Positions 1-8,482 of a DNA stretch of 64,000 bases are shown in pieces. Positions within the stretch are counted from its first letter, which is position 1. Every line of letters starts with the position of its first letter. The notes under the pieces are model-generated. The model was given only the letters and a program-made list of their open reading frames with translations. It ran no database searches and was not told the DNA's origin. This DNA is from Desulfobulbaceae bacterium (GTDB lineage: Bacteria; Desulfobacterota; Desulfobulbia; Desulfobulbales; SURF-16), in the NCBI GenBank assembly GCA_023230525.1, contig JALNXE010000005.1, positions 7,079-71,078 on the forward strand, in the 5' to 3' direction. Position numbers and translations under genes: made by a program.

Positions 1-1231
1 CAGCGATTACCGGTTCCGAGGCAAAGCGGAAGACCCCTGAGGCCGGATTGTAAACCGAATAGGGCCAGTTGCCGTGTTCCGTTTTGTCGAGCCAGAAGGC
101 ATGGAGCCTGCCGTCATAGGAGGGGAACAGCGTTTCCGGCTGACCGTCGCCGTCAAGATCGGCAATTGCCGGATTGGGAATGGCGCTTTCGATCACGTTG
201 TAATCCTCGACAAGTGGCGCGCCGGTATCAACCGGGGCCGCTTCCCAGTTGAAGATGCTGTCTTTAAAACGGCTCCGGTCGGCGTCAAAGATGTAGAGCC
301 CCGTATATCGCGACTCATAGGAAGCCGTGCTGCAGTCATAGACATTGCCGGTGACAATAATCTCTGGCTGGCCGTCCCTGTTCATATCCGCTATTGCCCC
401 GGCGCCATGGGCAAAGTTAGCCCGATAGCTCTCCACTCTGTCGCCGTCGCAGCTTCCCCAGCCGCGAAGCTCCGGAATCAGACTCTCCCAGACACCCACT
501 TTCCCCCATGCTTTGTCCCCATAGATGGGGTCTGCCCAGATAGGGCTGCCGTCCGGGTAATAGGCGCAGATGTAATGAACATCCGAAGGCACGATGACCT
601 CGCTCTCCCCGTCACCATTGATATCTCCCACCGCAGCAGTGTCGTTGAAGGTGCCGTAGGCATAACCCAGATCGTTTGACAGTTGCGGCCATCCGGTCCG
701 CAGCGTGCCGTCATGCTCATAGACCCAGGTGTTGGTCTTGCTGGTGACCGCCCCGGTGACAATGATCTCCAGGGTGGAATCGTTGTCCAGATCACTTACC
801 GAAAGCCCCCGCAGTTCGTTGGTTACAGGGTTCTTTGACCAGAGGATATTTCCCGTATGGTCAAAGACATTGAGATAGCCGCTGCCGTGGGCCGTGACGA
901 TTTCCAGGTCTCCGTCCGCATCGAGATCGGCCAGAACCACATCCGGCCAGACCCGCCCGCCAGGGGGATCGATAGACTTAATCAACTCCCCATCCTCTCC
1001 ATTTAAGATAAAAACCGAGTAGGTGGCTGCCACAACCTCCATATCCCCGTCATTGTCAAGGTCGGCAACTGCCGGTGACGAGTACCAGCCCGTCTCGCAC
1101 CAGCTCGAATAACAGCCGCCGTGCTGCCACTTGAGGACCGGCGCCTCCACCTGGGCCAGAAGATTCCCTGGCGTTGCCAGAAGAAGGAGGGAAAAGCAAA
1201 CAAAGAGACGGGGAAAACATTGGTTTGGCAT
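1..1231 (-). CDS. Secreted FG-GAP/VCBS-repeat protein, N-terminal 410 codons (C-terminus lies beyond the window start)
   Basis: Missing from the ORF track because there is no stop in the window. Hand translation from the ATG at 1231 gives MPNQCFPRLFVCFSLLLLATPGNLLAQVEAPVLKWQHGG...SSPAVADLDNDGDMEVVAATYSVFILNGEDGELIKSIDPPGGRVWPDVVLADLDADGDLEIVTAHGSGYLNVF...SVSDLDN. This is a signal peptide followed by repeated DxDxDG FG-GAP-type motifs. I checked the frame by hand at several points, and it stays open to position 1 (...SVYNPASGVFRFASEPVIA). Confidence 0.75.
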   Translation of the reverse strand, partial: MPNQCFPRLFVCFSLLLLATPGNLLAQVEAPVLKWQHGGCYSSWCETGWYSSPAVADLDNDGDMEVVAATYSVFILNGEDGELIKSIDPPGGRVWPDVVLADLDADGDLEIVTAHGSGYLNVFDHTGNILWSKNPVTNELRGLSVSDLDNDSTLEIIVTGAVTSKTNTWVYEHDGTLRTGWPQLSNDLGYAYGTFNDTAAVGDINGDGESEVIVPSDVHYICAYYPDGSPIWADPIYGDKAWGKVGVWESLIPELRGWGSCDGDRVESYRANFAHGAGAIADMNRDGQPEIIVTGNVYDCSTASYESRYTGLYIFDADRSRFKDSIFNWEAAPVDTGAPLVEDYNVIESAIPNPAIADLDGDGQPETLFPSYDGRLHAFWLDKTEHGNWPYSVYNPASGVFRFASEPVIA

Positions 1232-1282
1232 GGGATAACCTTTCATATACTGTTCTGGTTTTAAGGGTGTGTCTGCATTGGA

Positions 1283-1620
1283 TTAGCCGCTCCGGCATAT
1301 TGGCCCGCCGTTGGGCGAGCTGACCGGCCAGATGATTGACCAGGGTACTCTTGCCGCTGCCGGGCCGACCGAGAATAACCAGCCGGTCCATGGAGGCCAC
1401 GGCACCCACCGCCCAATGGGACGTCGTTCTCTCTCTCTTCCCTTCCCGGACATCTGCTGGTCCCTATATTTTTTCCGGATCACCTCGCCCAAATCCTCAC
1501 CCCGGCGCAATCGAGATTGGCCAGGTTGAGGGTGATAAAAACCTGGGAGATCTTCAGCTCATCATCGCCGGTGCCGCAGGCGGATTCATCAAAGTTGATC
1601 AGCTCAAGCCTGTTTTTTCA
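1283..1620 (-). pseudogene. Decayed remnant of a STAND/NACHT-like P-loop NTPase (frameshifted and truncated just after Walker A)
   Basis: One frame reads ...NFDESACGTGDDELKISQVFITLNLANLDCAGVRIWAR*, with its stop at 1481-1483. A second frame reads ...HWAVGAVASMDRLVILGRPGSGKSTLVNHLAGQLAQRRANMPERLIQ and then runs into the start region of the FG-GAP gene. The hydrophobic strand, the roughly 30-aa gap, and xLVILGxPGSGKSTL match the layout seen N-terminal to NACHT/STAND Walker A motifs. No Walker B or downstream domains are present. Confidence 0.4.
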
Positions 1621-1797
1621 CACTGGTCAGAAAGTTCGAGGGGCCATATCACGCTCCCTTGGCTTATGACATTTCCCTTACTGGTAAGGTGAAGAGGTAG
1701 ATTTGATGAAGAACTGCCGCAGCTTAAGGCATTCCATCTTCTCTAACAAAACCGGCAAGGCAAATCAACAACTTATGAAGATATCAGCTCAGTCTTC

Positions 1798-2589
1798 TCA
1801 TTTGATCAGCTTGCGCTTCATGGCCCCCAGGGCCAGGTAGCCGAACACCATGGTGAAGAGCAGCAGGTAGGCCAGGTTCAAGGCCAGACGGGACTCACTG
1901 GCCCCGATACAGAAGAATCGGGTCAGCTCCACCAGATGGTAGAGCGGAAAGACGAGCGAGAAAACCTCAGCCCAGTGCGGGATGCCGGAAACCGGGAAAA
2001 AGGTGCCGGAAAAGAGAAACATGGGGGTGATGAACAGAAATATCGGCAGGTTGAACATGTCAATAGTGGGGACAATGCCGGTAAAGAACATGCCGATGGA
2101 GGCAAAAGCCAACCCCCCGAGAAAGGCGAGCGGGATGCACAGCAGAGCCCCCGGAAAATTGGCGTAGCCGATGGGAATGAGCACCACGAGCATCACGGCC
2201 ACCGCAGCCATGGCCTTGGACGCTGCCCAGACGATCTCGGCGACGATGATCTCCTCGACGGACATCGGCGTGGCCAGAATGCCGTCGAATGTTTTCTGGT
2301 AGTACATGCGCACGAAAGAGGAGTAAGTCGTCTCAAAAAAGGCGTTCCACATGCAGGCCGTGGCCACCAGGGCCGGGGCCATGAACCTGGTGTATTCCAA
2401 CTGCAGGCCGGCGTAATGCACCCGACCAACGAGCCCGGAGAAGCCCAGCCCGAAGGCCAGGATATAAAAGGCGGGTTCGAGCAGCGGCACCAGGAAATTG
2501 ACTTTCCAGATGCGGTGGTAGGTGAGCAGGTTCCTGAACCAGATGTGGCGGAAGCGCAGGGAGATGTCGGCAAGTCTCACCCGGTTCAT
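1798..2589 (-). CDS. ABC-2 type transporter permease
   Basis: 263-aa polytopic membrane protein with about 6 hydrophobic segments. There is a 4-nt ATGA overlap with the upstream ABC ATPase, the typical DrrB/NodJ-type pairing. Confidence 0.8.
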   Translation of the reverse strand: MNRVRLADISLRFRHIWFRNLLTYHRIWKVNFLVPLLEPAFYILAFGLGFSGLVGRVHYAGLQLEYTRFMAPALVATACMWNAFFETTYSSFVRMYYQKTFDGILATPMSVEEIIVAEIVWAASKAMAAVAVMLVVLIPIGYANFPGALLCIPLAFLGGLAFASIGMFFTGIVPTIDMFNLPIFLFITPMFLFSGTFFPVSGIPHWAEVFSLVFPLYHLVELTRFFCIGASESRLALNLAYLLLFTMVFGYLALGAMKRKLIK

Positions 2590-3494
2590 TCGCGCAGCCC
2601 CCTGCCGGTCAGGCGCAGAAACACGTCTTCCAGGTTGCCGGCGCGGAAACGGCAGGACTCCACGCAGAACCTCTCGCGGATCTGGCTCTCCAGCTCCCCG
2701 TGCGGTTCGGCATAGATGATGATCCGCTCCCCCAGGTCGTCATGCTCGACCTTCTTCTCCCTGATATAGCCTTTCAAATCCTCGCCCGGCCCGTCGATCT
2801 CGATGACGCTTTCAGCGGCGTGCCGGGTGATCAGCTCCCGCGGCCGCCCCTCGGAGATGATCCGGCCGTGATCCATGATCACCAGCCGCTCGCACAGATG
2901 CTCCGCCTCGTCCATGTAATGGGTGGTGAGCACCATGGTCAGCCCGCGCTTCTTGAGTTCCAGGAGCCTGTCCCACACCTGGTGCCTGGACTGGGGATCG
3001 AGCCCGGTGGTGGGCTCGTCCAGGATGAGCAGCTCGGGTTCGGCCATCAGGGCCCGGGCCAGCTGCAGCCGCTTGGCCAGCCCGCCGGAAAGCTCCATCA
3101 CCTTGGCCCCCCGCTTGCCGGTGAGGGCGAAAAAGTCGAGCAGCCCCTCGGCCCGGCTGCGGGCCTCGGTCGGCTTCATCTCAAAATAGCGGGCATAGAG
3201 CAGCAGATTCTGCTCCACGGTCAGATCGGGATCAAGGGTGTTCTCCTGCTGGCAGACCCCCAGCCGCGAACGGATCTGCCGCCAGTCTGCGCCGATGTCC
3301 AGGCCGAAGATGGCCAGCTCGCCGGCCGTCAGGGGGGAAAAGCCGTAGATCATGCGGATGGTGGAGGTCTTGCCCGCGCCGTTGGGGCCGAGCAGGGCGA
3401 AGAATTCCCCCCGCGCCACCGCGAAACTCACGTCATCCACGGCGGTGAATGGACCGAACCGTTTGACTACGTGCCGGGCCTCAATGATGTTCAT
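2586..3494 (-). CDS. ABC transporter ATP-binding protein (DrrA/NodI-like)
   Basis: Walker A GPNGAGKTS, signature LSGGLAKRL, Walker B LLILDEP, and a C-terminal extension typical of ABC-2 partner ATPases. Confidence 0.9.
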   Translation of the reverse strand: MNIIEARHVVKRFGPFTAVDDVSFAVARGEFFALLGPNGAGKTSTIRMIYGFSPLTAGELAIFGLDIGADWRQIRSRLGVCQQENTLDPDLTVEQNLLLYARYFEMKPTEARSRAEGLLDFFALTGKRGAKVMELSGGLAKRLQLARALMAEPELLILDEPTTGLDPQSRHQVWDRLLELKKRGLTMVLTTHYMDEAEHLCERLVIMDHGRIISEGRPRELITRHAAESVIEIDGPGEDLKGYIREKKVEHDDLGERIIIYAEPHGELESQIRERFCVESCRFRAGNLEDVFLRLTGRGLRE

Positions 3495-3778
3495 GTCTGG
3501 TCAGTCGGGTGGAGATGATTGGTGACAGTTTTTTCTCTGCCTTGACGGTTCGCTATCCGGCCGGCCCGGCTGCCCGCAAAGCGCAGCACCGACCGGCATG
3601 ATCCGCATATCACATAACAATCAGTTACCCTTATCCGGGGATCTTTGTCAATGCAAAACAGCGTGGCGGCCTTTCTGGAAGATGGCCGCCGACAGCAGCG
3701 CGGGCAGGCCCGCGCTTGCCGATTTCCACCCTTTTCCGCCTTGCGCTGGAAGAAAAATCCTTACCGGCTCGGCAGCCC

Positions 3779-5662
3779 TCATTCGCTCTTCTTCTGCACC
3801 GCCCGTTCCAGGATCTGGTAACTGCGCTCCACCATGTCACGGGGCTCAATCATCAGGCCGGCCTGGATCATGGCGTTGTCATAGATCTGCCGAACAATGG
3901 TTCCGGCGAATTCCTCGTCCGCCACCCGCAGGTCGGCCAGTCCCTTGATCAGCGGGTGCGCGGTATTGATCTCCAGGTTCTTGCCGGCTATCTTATGCTC
4001 CACGTTGGTGGCCCGCATGACCCGTTCCATGCTGCTGGTGAAAAAGCCGTCCGGATTGACGATCATGGCCGGGCTGTCCACCAGCCGCTTGGAGATGGCC
4101 ACCTCCTTGACCTTGTCGCCCAGCACATCCTTCATCCATTTGGTGAGCGTCTGGGCAATGGGCTCATCGAGCTTGCCGGCTGCGGCCGCCTCTTTTTCCC
4201 CCTGGTCCTCTCCGGTTTTTTCCGGCAGCTTCAGATCGGCCCGGTCGGCGGAAACCAACTTCTTGCCCTCATATTCGTGCAGATGGCTGAAGACAAAGTC
4301 ATCGATGGGCTCCATGGTATAGATGATTTCCACGTCGCGCCGTTTGAAAACCTCGGAATAGGGGCCTGTTTCGATGGCATGGCGGGTGGGGCCGTTGATG
4401 TAATAAATCTCCGTCTGCCCCTCCTTCATCCGGGCAACATAGTCATCCAGGGAGATGAGTTTGCCCTCCTCGGATTTTGATGACTCAAAACGCAGCAGTT
4501 TGGCCAGATCATCCCGGTGGGTATAATCCATGGTGGCCCCTTCCTTCAGGAAGATGCCGAAGGTCTTCCAGAATTTTTCATACTGTTCCGCCTCGTTTTT
4601 CGCCTGATCCTTGAGAAATTTCAGGAAACGGCTGGAGATGACCTTTTTCAGCTTGGCCACCAGGGCATTATCCTGCAGGGCCTGGCGGGAGATATTCAGC
4701 GGCAGGTCCTCGCTGTCAACCACCCCTTTAAGAAAACGCAGCCATTCTGGCAGGATGTTCTTGCTGTGCTGTTCGATGAGCACCTTCTGGCAGTAAAGAC
4801 TGACGCCGGGCTCCATCCGGCCGAAACCCATCAGCTCCATATTATCCTGGGGTACAAAGAGCAGGGACTTGATGGCCAGCGGGGCGTCGGCGCTGAAGTG
4901 GAAATAACTGAGCGGCTCATCAAAGGCGTTGGCGATGAACTTGTAAAACTCATGGTACTCCTCGGCCTTGATATCCTCTTTGCCCTTGGTCCACAGGGCC
5001 TGCACCGTGTTGACCTTCTCCCCGCCCACCTTGATGGGAAAGCTGACAAAGTTGGAGTACTGCTTGATGATGCGCTTGATGGTTTCCTCTTTGGCATAAT
5101 CAAAGGCCTCGTCGCCCAGCTCGATGATCACCTTGGTGCCCCGGTGCAGACCGCTTTCCGGGGTAAGGGTAAAGTTGCCGGTGCCGTCGGATGCCCACTC
5201 ATAGCCCTCCGCATCAACCTGGTAGGAACGGGACTGGACCCGCACCCTTTTGGCCACCATGAAGGCCGAATAAAAACCCACGCCGAACTGGCCTATCAGG
5301 TTGACCTCATTCTGCTGGGCCTGGTCCAGCTCGGTGAGAAAGGTCTTGGAGCCGGAATGGGCAATGGTGCCGAGATTATGCTCCAGCTCGTCCCGGGTCA
5401 TGCCGATGCCCGAGTCGGTTACGGTCAGGGTATGCTCCTGGTCACTCACACTGATGTTTATCTCCAGGGGAGCGTCGGCATCGAACACCTCTGCTTCCAT
5501 GAGCTGCTGGTGCCTGAATTTTTCCAGGGCATCCGCGGCGTTGGAGATGAGTTCCCGCAGAAAAATCTCTTTTTCCGTATAAAGCGAGTGGATGACGATA
5601 TCGAGCAGCTTCTTGACTTCAGCCTGAAATTCTTTTGTTTCCGTTTTTTCTGTCATTGCCAT
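3779..5662 (-). CDS. htpG: Molecular chaperone HtpG (Hsp90 family)
   Basis: 627 aa. The N-terminal sequence FQAEVKKLLDIVIHSLYTEKEIFLRELISNAADALEK matches the Hsp90 ATP-binding signature, followed by GQFGVGFYSAF. Confidence 0.95.
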   Translation of the reverse strand: MAMTEKTETKEFQAEVKKLLDIVIHSLYTEKEIFLRELISNAADALEKFRHQQLMEAEVFDADAPLEINISVSDQEHTLTVTDSGIGMTRDELEHNLGTIAHSGSKTFLTELDQAQQNEVNLIGQFGVGFYSAFMVAKRVRVQSRSYQVDAEGYEWASDGTGNFTLTPESGLHRGTKVIIELGDEAFDYAKEETIKRIIKQYSNFVSFPIKVGGEKVNTVQALWTKGKEDIKAEEYHEFYKFIANAFDEPLSYFHFSADAPLAIKSLLFVPQDNMELMGFGRMEPGVSLYCQKVLIEQHSKNILPEWLRFLKGVVDSEDLPLNISRQALQDNALVAKLKKVISSRFLKFLKDQAKNEAEQYEKFWKTFGIFLKEGATMDYTHRDDLAKLLRFESSKSEEGKLISLDDYVARMKEGQTEIYYINGPTRHAIETGPYSEVFKRRDVEIIYTMEPIDDFVFSHLHEYEGKKLVSADRADLKLPEKTGEDQGEKEAAAAGKLDEPIAQTLTKWMKDVLGDKVKEVAISKRLVDSPAMIVNPDGFFTSSMERVMRATNVEHKIAGKNLEINTAHPLIKGLADLRVADEEFAGTIVRQIYDNAMIQAGLMIEPRDMVERSYQILERAVQKKSE

Positions 5663-5703
5663 ACTCCATTGAACTGATTTTATCTATGATTCTGATATGA
5701 TAA

Positions 5704-5835
5704 GCTAAGCCGTTGTAAAAAAAATGTCCTCATCTGGCTGGTAAAACGGCACTCTTTTCAGTACCCCCTTGAGGGGTATAAGGAGCCGTAACGAAATGGT
5801 TCAGAAAGCCGAGGTTATTTCGTAACGGCTCCTAA
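5704..5835 (+). repeat. Mosaic intergenic hairpin repeat, copy 1 (type-1 variable module, with the 28-nt insert)
   Basis: Sequence: GCTAAGCCGTTGTAAAAAAAATGTCCTCATCTGGCTGGTAAAACGGCA-CTCTTTTCAGTACCCCCTTGAGGGGTAT-AAGGAGCCGTAACGAAAT(19-nt loop)ATTTCGTAACGGCTCCTAA. The 17-nt arms at 5781-5797 and 5817-5833 are complementary apart from one mismatch. Confidence 0.85.
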
Positions 5836-6141
5836 TCATGCTGACGCAACCCTGATGCGGGTAAGCGGATGAATTTGTGAGCGTAAGATAATCATCAAAC
5901 CGGCTCTGTCAACCCTGGCCCTGCCAGGAACAGTTCTCTCTTTTTTTAAGTTGCATACCGGTATGGCTGCTGGTATTATTTTTAATTTTTCATTACATAA
6001 CATATTTTATAATCAACCACCCACTACCCCAACCTGCCAATCTTGCCGGTCTTGCAGAGGTTGCTCCGCAGCAATCTGCGCTGCAGCAGAGCCTGCCGTT
6101 TCCCGGTATATTTCCTGACCACGGCAATAAGGAGAAAATAG

Positions 6142-7452
6142 ATGACGATACGAGAAGATGCCATAAACCGGAAAACGACTGCCATTTTCGAGCAATGCGC
6201 CAAGAATGAAGGAATATCGCCGCAGGCCCTGATGGAAGGGGTGGCCCAGGGGGTCATGGCCATCCCCAAGAATAAAAACCATGATTTCGAGCGCATCATG
6301 GCGGTGGGCAAGGGCCTTGCCACCAAGGTCAATGCCAATATCGGCGCCTCCCGGGACATGCCGGGCCTTGATCAGGAGCTGGAAAAACTCTGCGTTTCGC
6401 TTAAGGCCGGCGCCGATACGGTCATGGATCTCAGCATGGGGGAAAACCTCAACGAGGTGCGCCGGGGCATTCTTGCCCGCTGCCCCGTGCCCCTGGGCAC
6501 GGTGCCGGTTTACCAGACCGTGGCCGACGTGGTGGAACGGCAGAAAAAGGAAATCGGCGAAGTGACCGTTGATCAGATGCTGGCCACCATCGAACAGCAG
6601 GCCAGGGACGGGGTTGATTTCATGACCATTCACTGCGGCCTGACCAGGGATTCCCTGACCCGGTTGAAGAAACACGAGCGCCTCATGGGGGTGGTCAGCC
6701 GGGGAGGCTCCTTTACCATCGAATGGATGGCTTACAACAACAAGGAAAACCCCTTTTATGAGCACTTTGACCGGATCATGGCCATCCTGCGGGAATACGA
6801 AGTGACCATCAGCCTGGGCGACGGCCTGCGGCCCGGCTGTCTGGCCGACGCCACCGACCGGGGCCAGATCCAGGAGCTGATCCATCTCGGCGAGCTGACC
6901 CAGCGGGCCTGGGATGCCGGTGTGCAGGTTATTGTCGAAGGGCCGGGCCACATGCCCATGGACCAGATCCAGGCCAACATGCTGCTGCAGAAACGCCTCT
7001 GCCACGGCGCCCCCTTCTATGTGCTCGGGCCCCTGGTGACGGATATCGCCCCGGGCTATGATCATATCACCGGCGCCATCGGCGGGGCCATTGCCGCCGC
7101 GGCCGGCGCCGACTATCTCTGTTACGTCACCCCGGCCGAGCATCTCAAACTGCCCTCGGCCGAGGATGTGCGGGATGGGGTGATCGCCTCCCGCATCGCC
7201 GCCCACGCAGCCGACATTGCCAAGGGAGTGCCCGGCGCCCTGGACAAGGATATCGCCATGGCCAAATGCCGCAACCGGCTGGACTGGAAAGGGCAGATCG
7301 ACTTGTCCCTTGATCCTGACAAGGCTCTGCGCTATCGTGAGGAGGGAAACTCTTACAAGGGAGATGCCTGCAGCATGTGCGGCTCCTACTGCGCCATCAA
7401 GGTTTATAAAAAGGCCACCCTGCCCGGCCGCGGCGGCCCGGATGAAAAATAA
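6142..7452 (+). CDS. thiC: Phosphomethylpyrimidine synthase ThiC
   Basis: 436 aa. Short anaerobe-type ThiC with ...NANIGASRD..., ...VIVEGPGHMPMDQI..., and the C-terminal cluster motif CSMCGSYCAIK. Confidence 0.95.
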   Translation: MTIREDAINRKTTAIFEQCAKNEGISPQALMEGVAQGVMAIPKNKNHDFERIMAVGKGLATKVNANIGASRDMPGLDQELEKLCVSLKAGADTVMDLSMGENLNEVRRGILARCPVPLGTVPVYQTVADVVERQKKEIGEVTVDQMLATIEQQARDGVDFMTIHCGLTRDSLTRLKKHERLMGVVSRGGSFTIEWMAYNNKENPFYEHFDRIMAILREYEVTISLGDGLRPGCLADATDRGQIQELIHLGELTQRAWDAGVQVIVEGPGHMPMDQIQANMLLQKRLCHGAPFYVLGPLVTDIAPGYDHITGAIGGAIAAAAGADYLCYVTPAEHLKLPSAEDVRDGVIASRIAAHAADIAKGVPGALDKDIAMAKCRNRLDWKGQIDLSLDPDKALRYREEGNSYKGDACSMCGSYCAIKVYKKATLPGRGGPDEK

Positions 7453-7472
7453 CTTCCTTTCGGAGGTCTGTC

Positions 7473-7805
7473 ATGGCTGATATTTTCACGCCTGTGGTGG
7501 ATTTTATCAACTACACCCAGTTGCTTGCGCAAATACGGCAGGTTGATGTCAAAGGTCTCTTCACCAACCCCTGGTTTCTCGTACCCTTCATCGCCCAGAT
7601 CGGCTGGTGGTTCTACAAGCAGGCGCTGAACAGCCTGGTCTGCACCGCCATGGCCATCGGCGTCTGGTGGTTCTCCGGCACCAGCTATGCCCAGCAGCTG
7701 GTCATCGATGGCGAGCTGCAGCTCGGCAAGGTCCTGCCCGTGGCCGGGGTCGGCCTGGTGGTGATCGTGCTGCTGGTCTATCTCTTTTTCATCCGCTCCG
7801 ATTGA
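7473..7805 (+). CDS. Small membrane protein of unknown function
   Basis: 110 aa with three hydrophobic segments (WFLVPFIAQIGWWFY, LVCTAMAIGVWWF, LPVAGVGLVVIVLLVYLFF). It starts 20 nt after thiC. Confidence 0.55.
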   Translation: MADIFTPVVDFINYTQLLAQIRQVDVKGLFTNPWFLVPFIAQIGWWFYKQALNSLVCTAMAIGVWWFSGTSYAQQLVIDGELQLGKVLPVAGVGLVVIVLLVYLFFIRSD

Positions 7806-7807
7806 CC

Positions 7808-8464
7808 GTGTCCACTCTTGCCGATATCTACGCCGCCCTCTTTGACCATTTCGGCCCGCAGCAATGGTGGCCAGGTGAGACCCCTTTTGAGGTGCTGGTG
7901 GGGGCGGTGCTCACCCAGAATACCAACTGGACCAATGTCAGCCGCGCCATTGCCAATCTGAAAGAAGAGAATCTCCTCAGCTTCGCCACCCTTGCCCGTC
8001 TGCCGGAAGACGAGCTGGCGGAAAAAATCCGGCCCTCCGGATACTTCAACCTCAAGGCCAGGCGCCTCAAGAATCTGCTTGCCCTGATCAGACAGGAAGA
8101 GCCCGACGGGGACCTGGATCTCTTTTTTGACCGGGAAACCGCCGTTCTGCGGGAAAAGCTGCTCTCCGTCAAAGGCATCGGCCCGGAAACCGCAGACTCC
8201 ATCCTGCTTTATGCCGCCGGCAAACCCGTTTTTGTGGTGGATGCCTATACCTACCGCATGCTGGTGCGGCATGGCCTCATCGGCGAAGAAACAAACTATG
8301 GCGAGATGCAGGAGCTGTTCATGGACAATTTGCCCGCTGATGTAAACCTTTTCAATGAATATCACGCGCTGATCGTGCGGCTGGGTAAGGAGTACTGCAA
8401 AAAAAGCCGGCCCCGCTGCCAGCAATGCCCTTTACGGCAATTCGAACCCCTGCTCGTTGACTGA
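7808..8464 (+). CDS. Endonuclease III-related HhH-GPD protein
   Basis: Contains VGAVLTQNTNW, the helix-hairpin-helix LLSVKGIGPETADSILLYA, and a C-terminal Cys cluster CKKSRPRCQQCPL. The ORF-track start at 7607 overlaps the previous gene. A GTG at 7808 (or a TTG at 7802) just after the upstream stop gives the usual size of about 218 aa. Confidence 0.8.
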   Translation: MSTLADIYAALFDHFGPQQWWPGETPFEVLVGAVLTQNTNWTNVSRAIANLKEENLLSFATLARLPEDELAEKIRPSGYFNLKARRLKNLLALIRQEEPDGDLDLFFDRETAVLREKLLSVKGIGPETADSILLYAAGKPVFVVDAYTYRMLVRHGLIGEETNYGEMQELFMDNLPADVNLFNEYHALIVRLGKEYCKKSRPRCQQCPLRQFEPLLVD

Positions 8465-8482
8465 TACCCCCATGCCGCCCCC

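Noticed and set aside
3701-3735. The GC hairpin GCGCGGGC-AG-GCCCGCGC downstream of htpG, considered as a terminator.
   Set aside because: The loop is too small, and no T-tract follows on the minus strand, which is the strand of htpG.
5724-5744. Micro-ORFs inside the repeats: ATG TCC TCA TCT GGC TGG TAA in type-1 copies, and ATGGCCAGAGAAATGCGCGGAACGGCA(TAA) in type-2 copies.
   Set aside because: No Shine-Dalgarno sequence precedes them. The two types encode unrelated peptides. In copy 3 the reading frame simply runs on into the optional insert. Sequence conservation is better explained at the nucleotide or structure level.
5840-5868. GCTGACGCAACCCTGATGCGGGTAAGCGG is faintly similar to the THI-box core (CUGAGA...ACCUGAUCUGGAUAAUGCCAGCG) upstream of thiC.
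   Set aside because: CUGAGA is not present. GCGGGTAAGCGG cannot form the P5 hairpin because the two halves are direct rather than complementary. The would-be P1-P3 region falls inside the repeat element.
6013-7206. A 397-aa ORF antisense to thiC. Similar long shadow ORFs include 42832-44952 (706 aa, antisense to the M16 peptidase), 27888-29852 (654 aa), 26191-27258, 36390-37364, 56561-57799 and 2700-3518.
   Set aside because: They lie opposite genes with unambiguous conserved motifs. Their translations are Gly/Arg/Pro/His-rich low-complexity strings typical of antisense frames in GC-rich DNA. None shows a recognisable motif.
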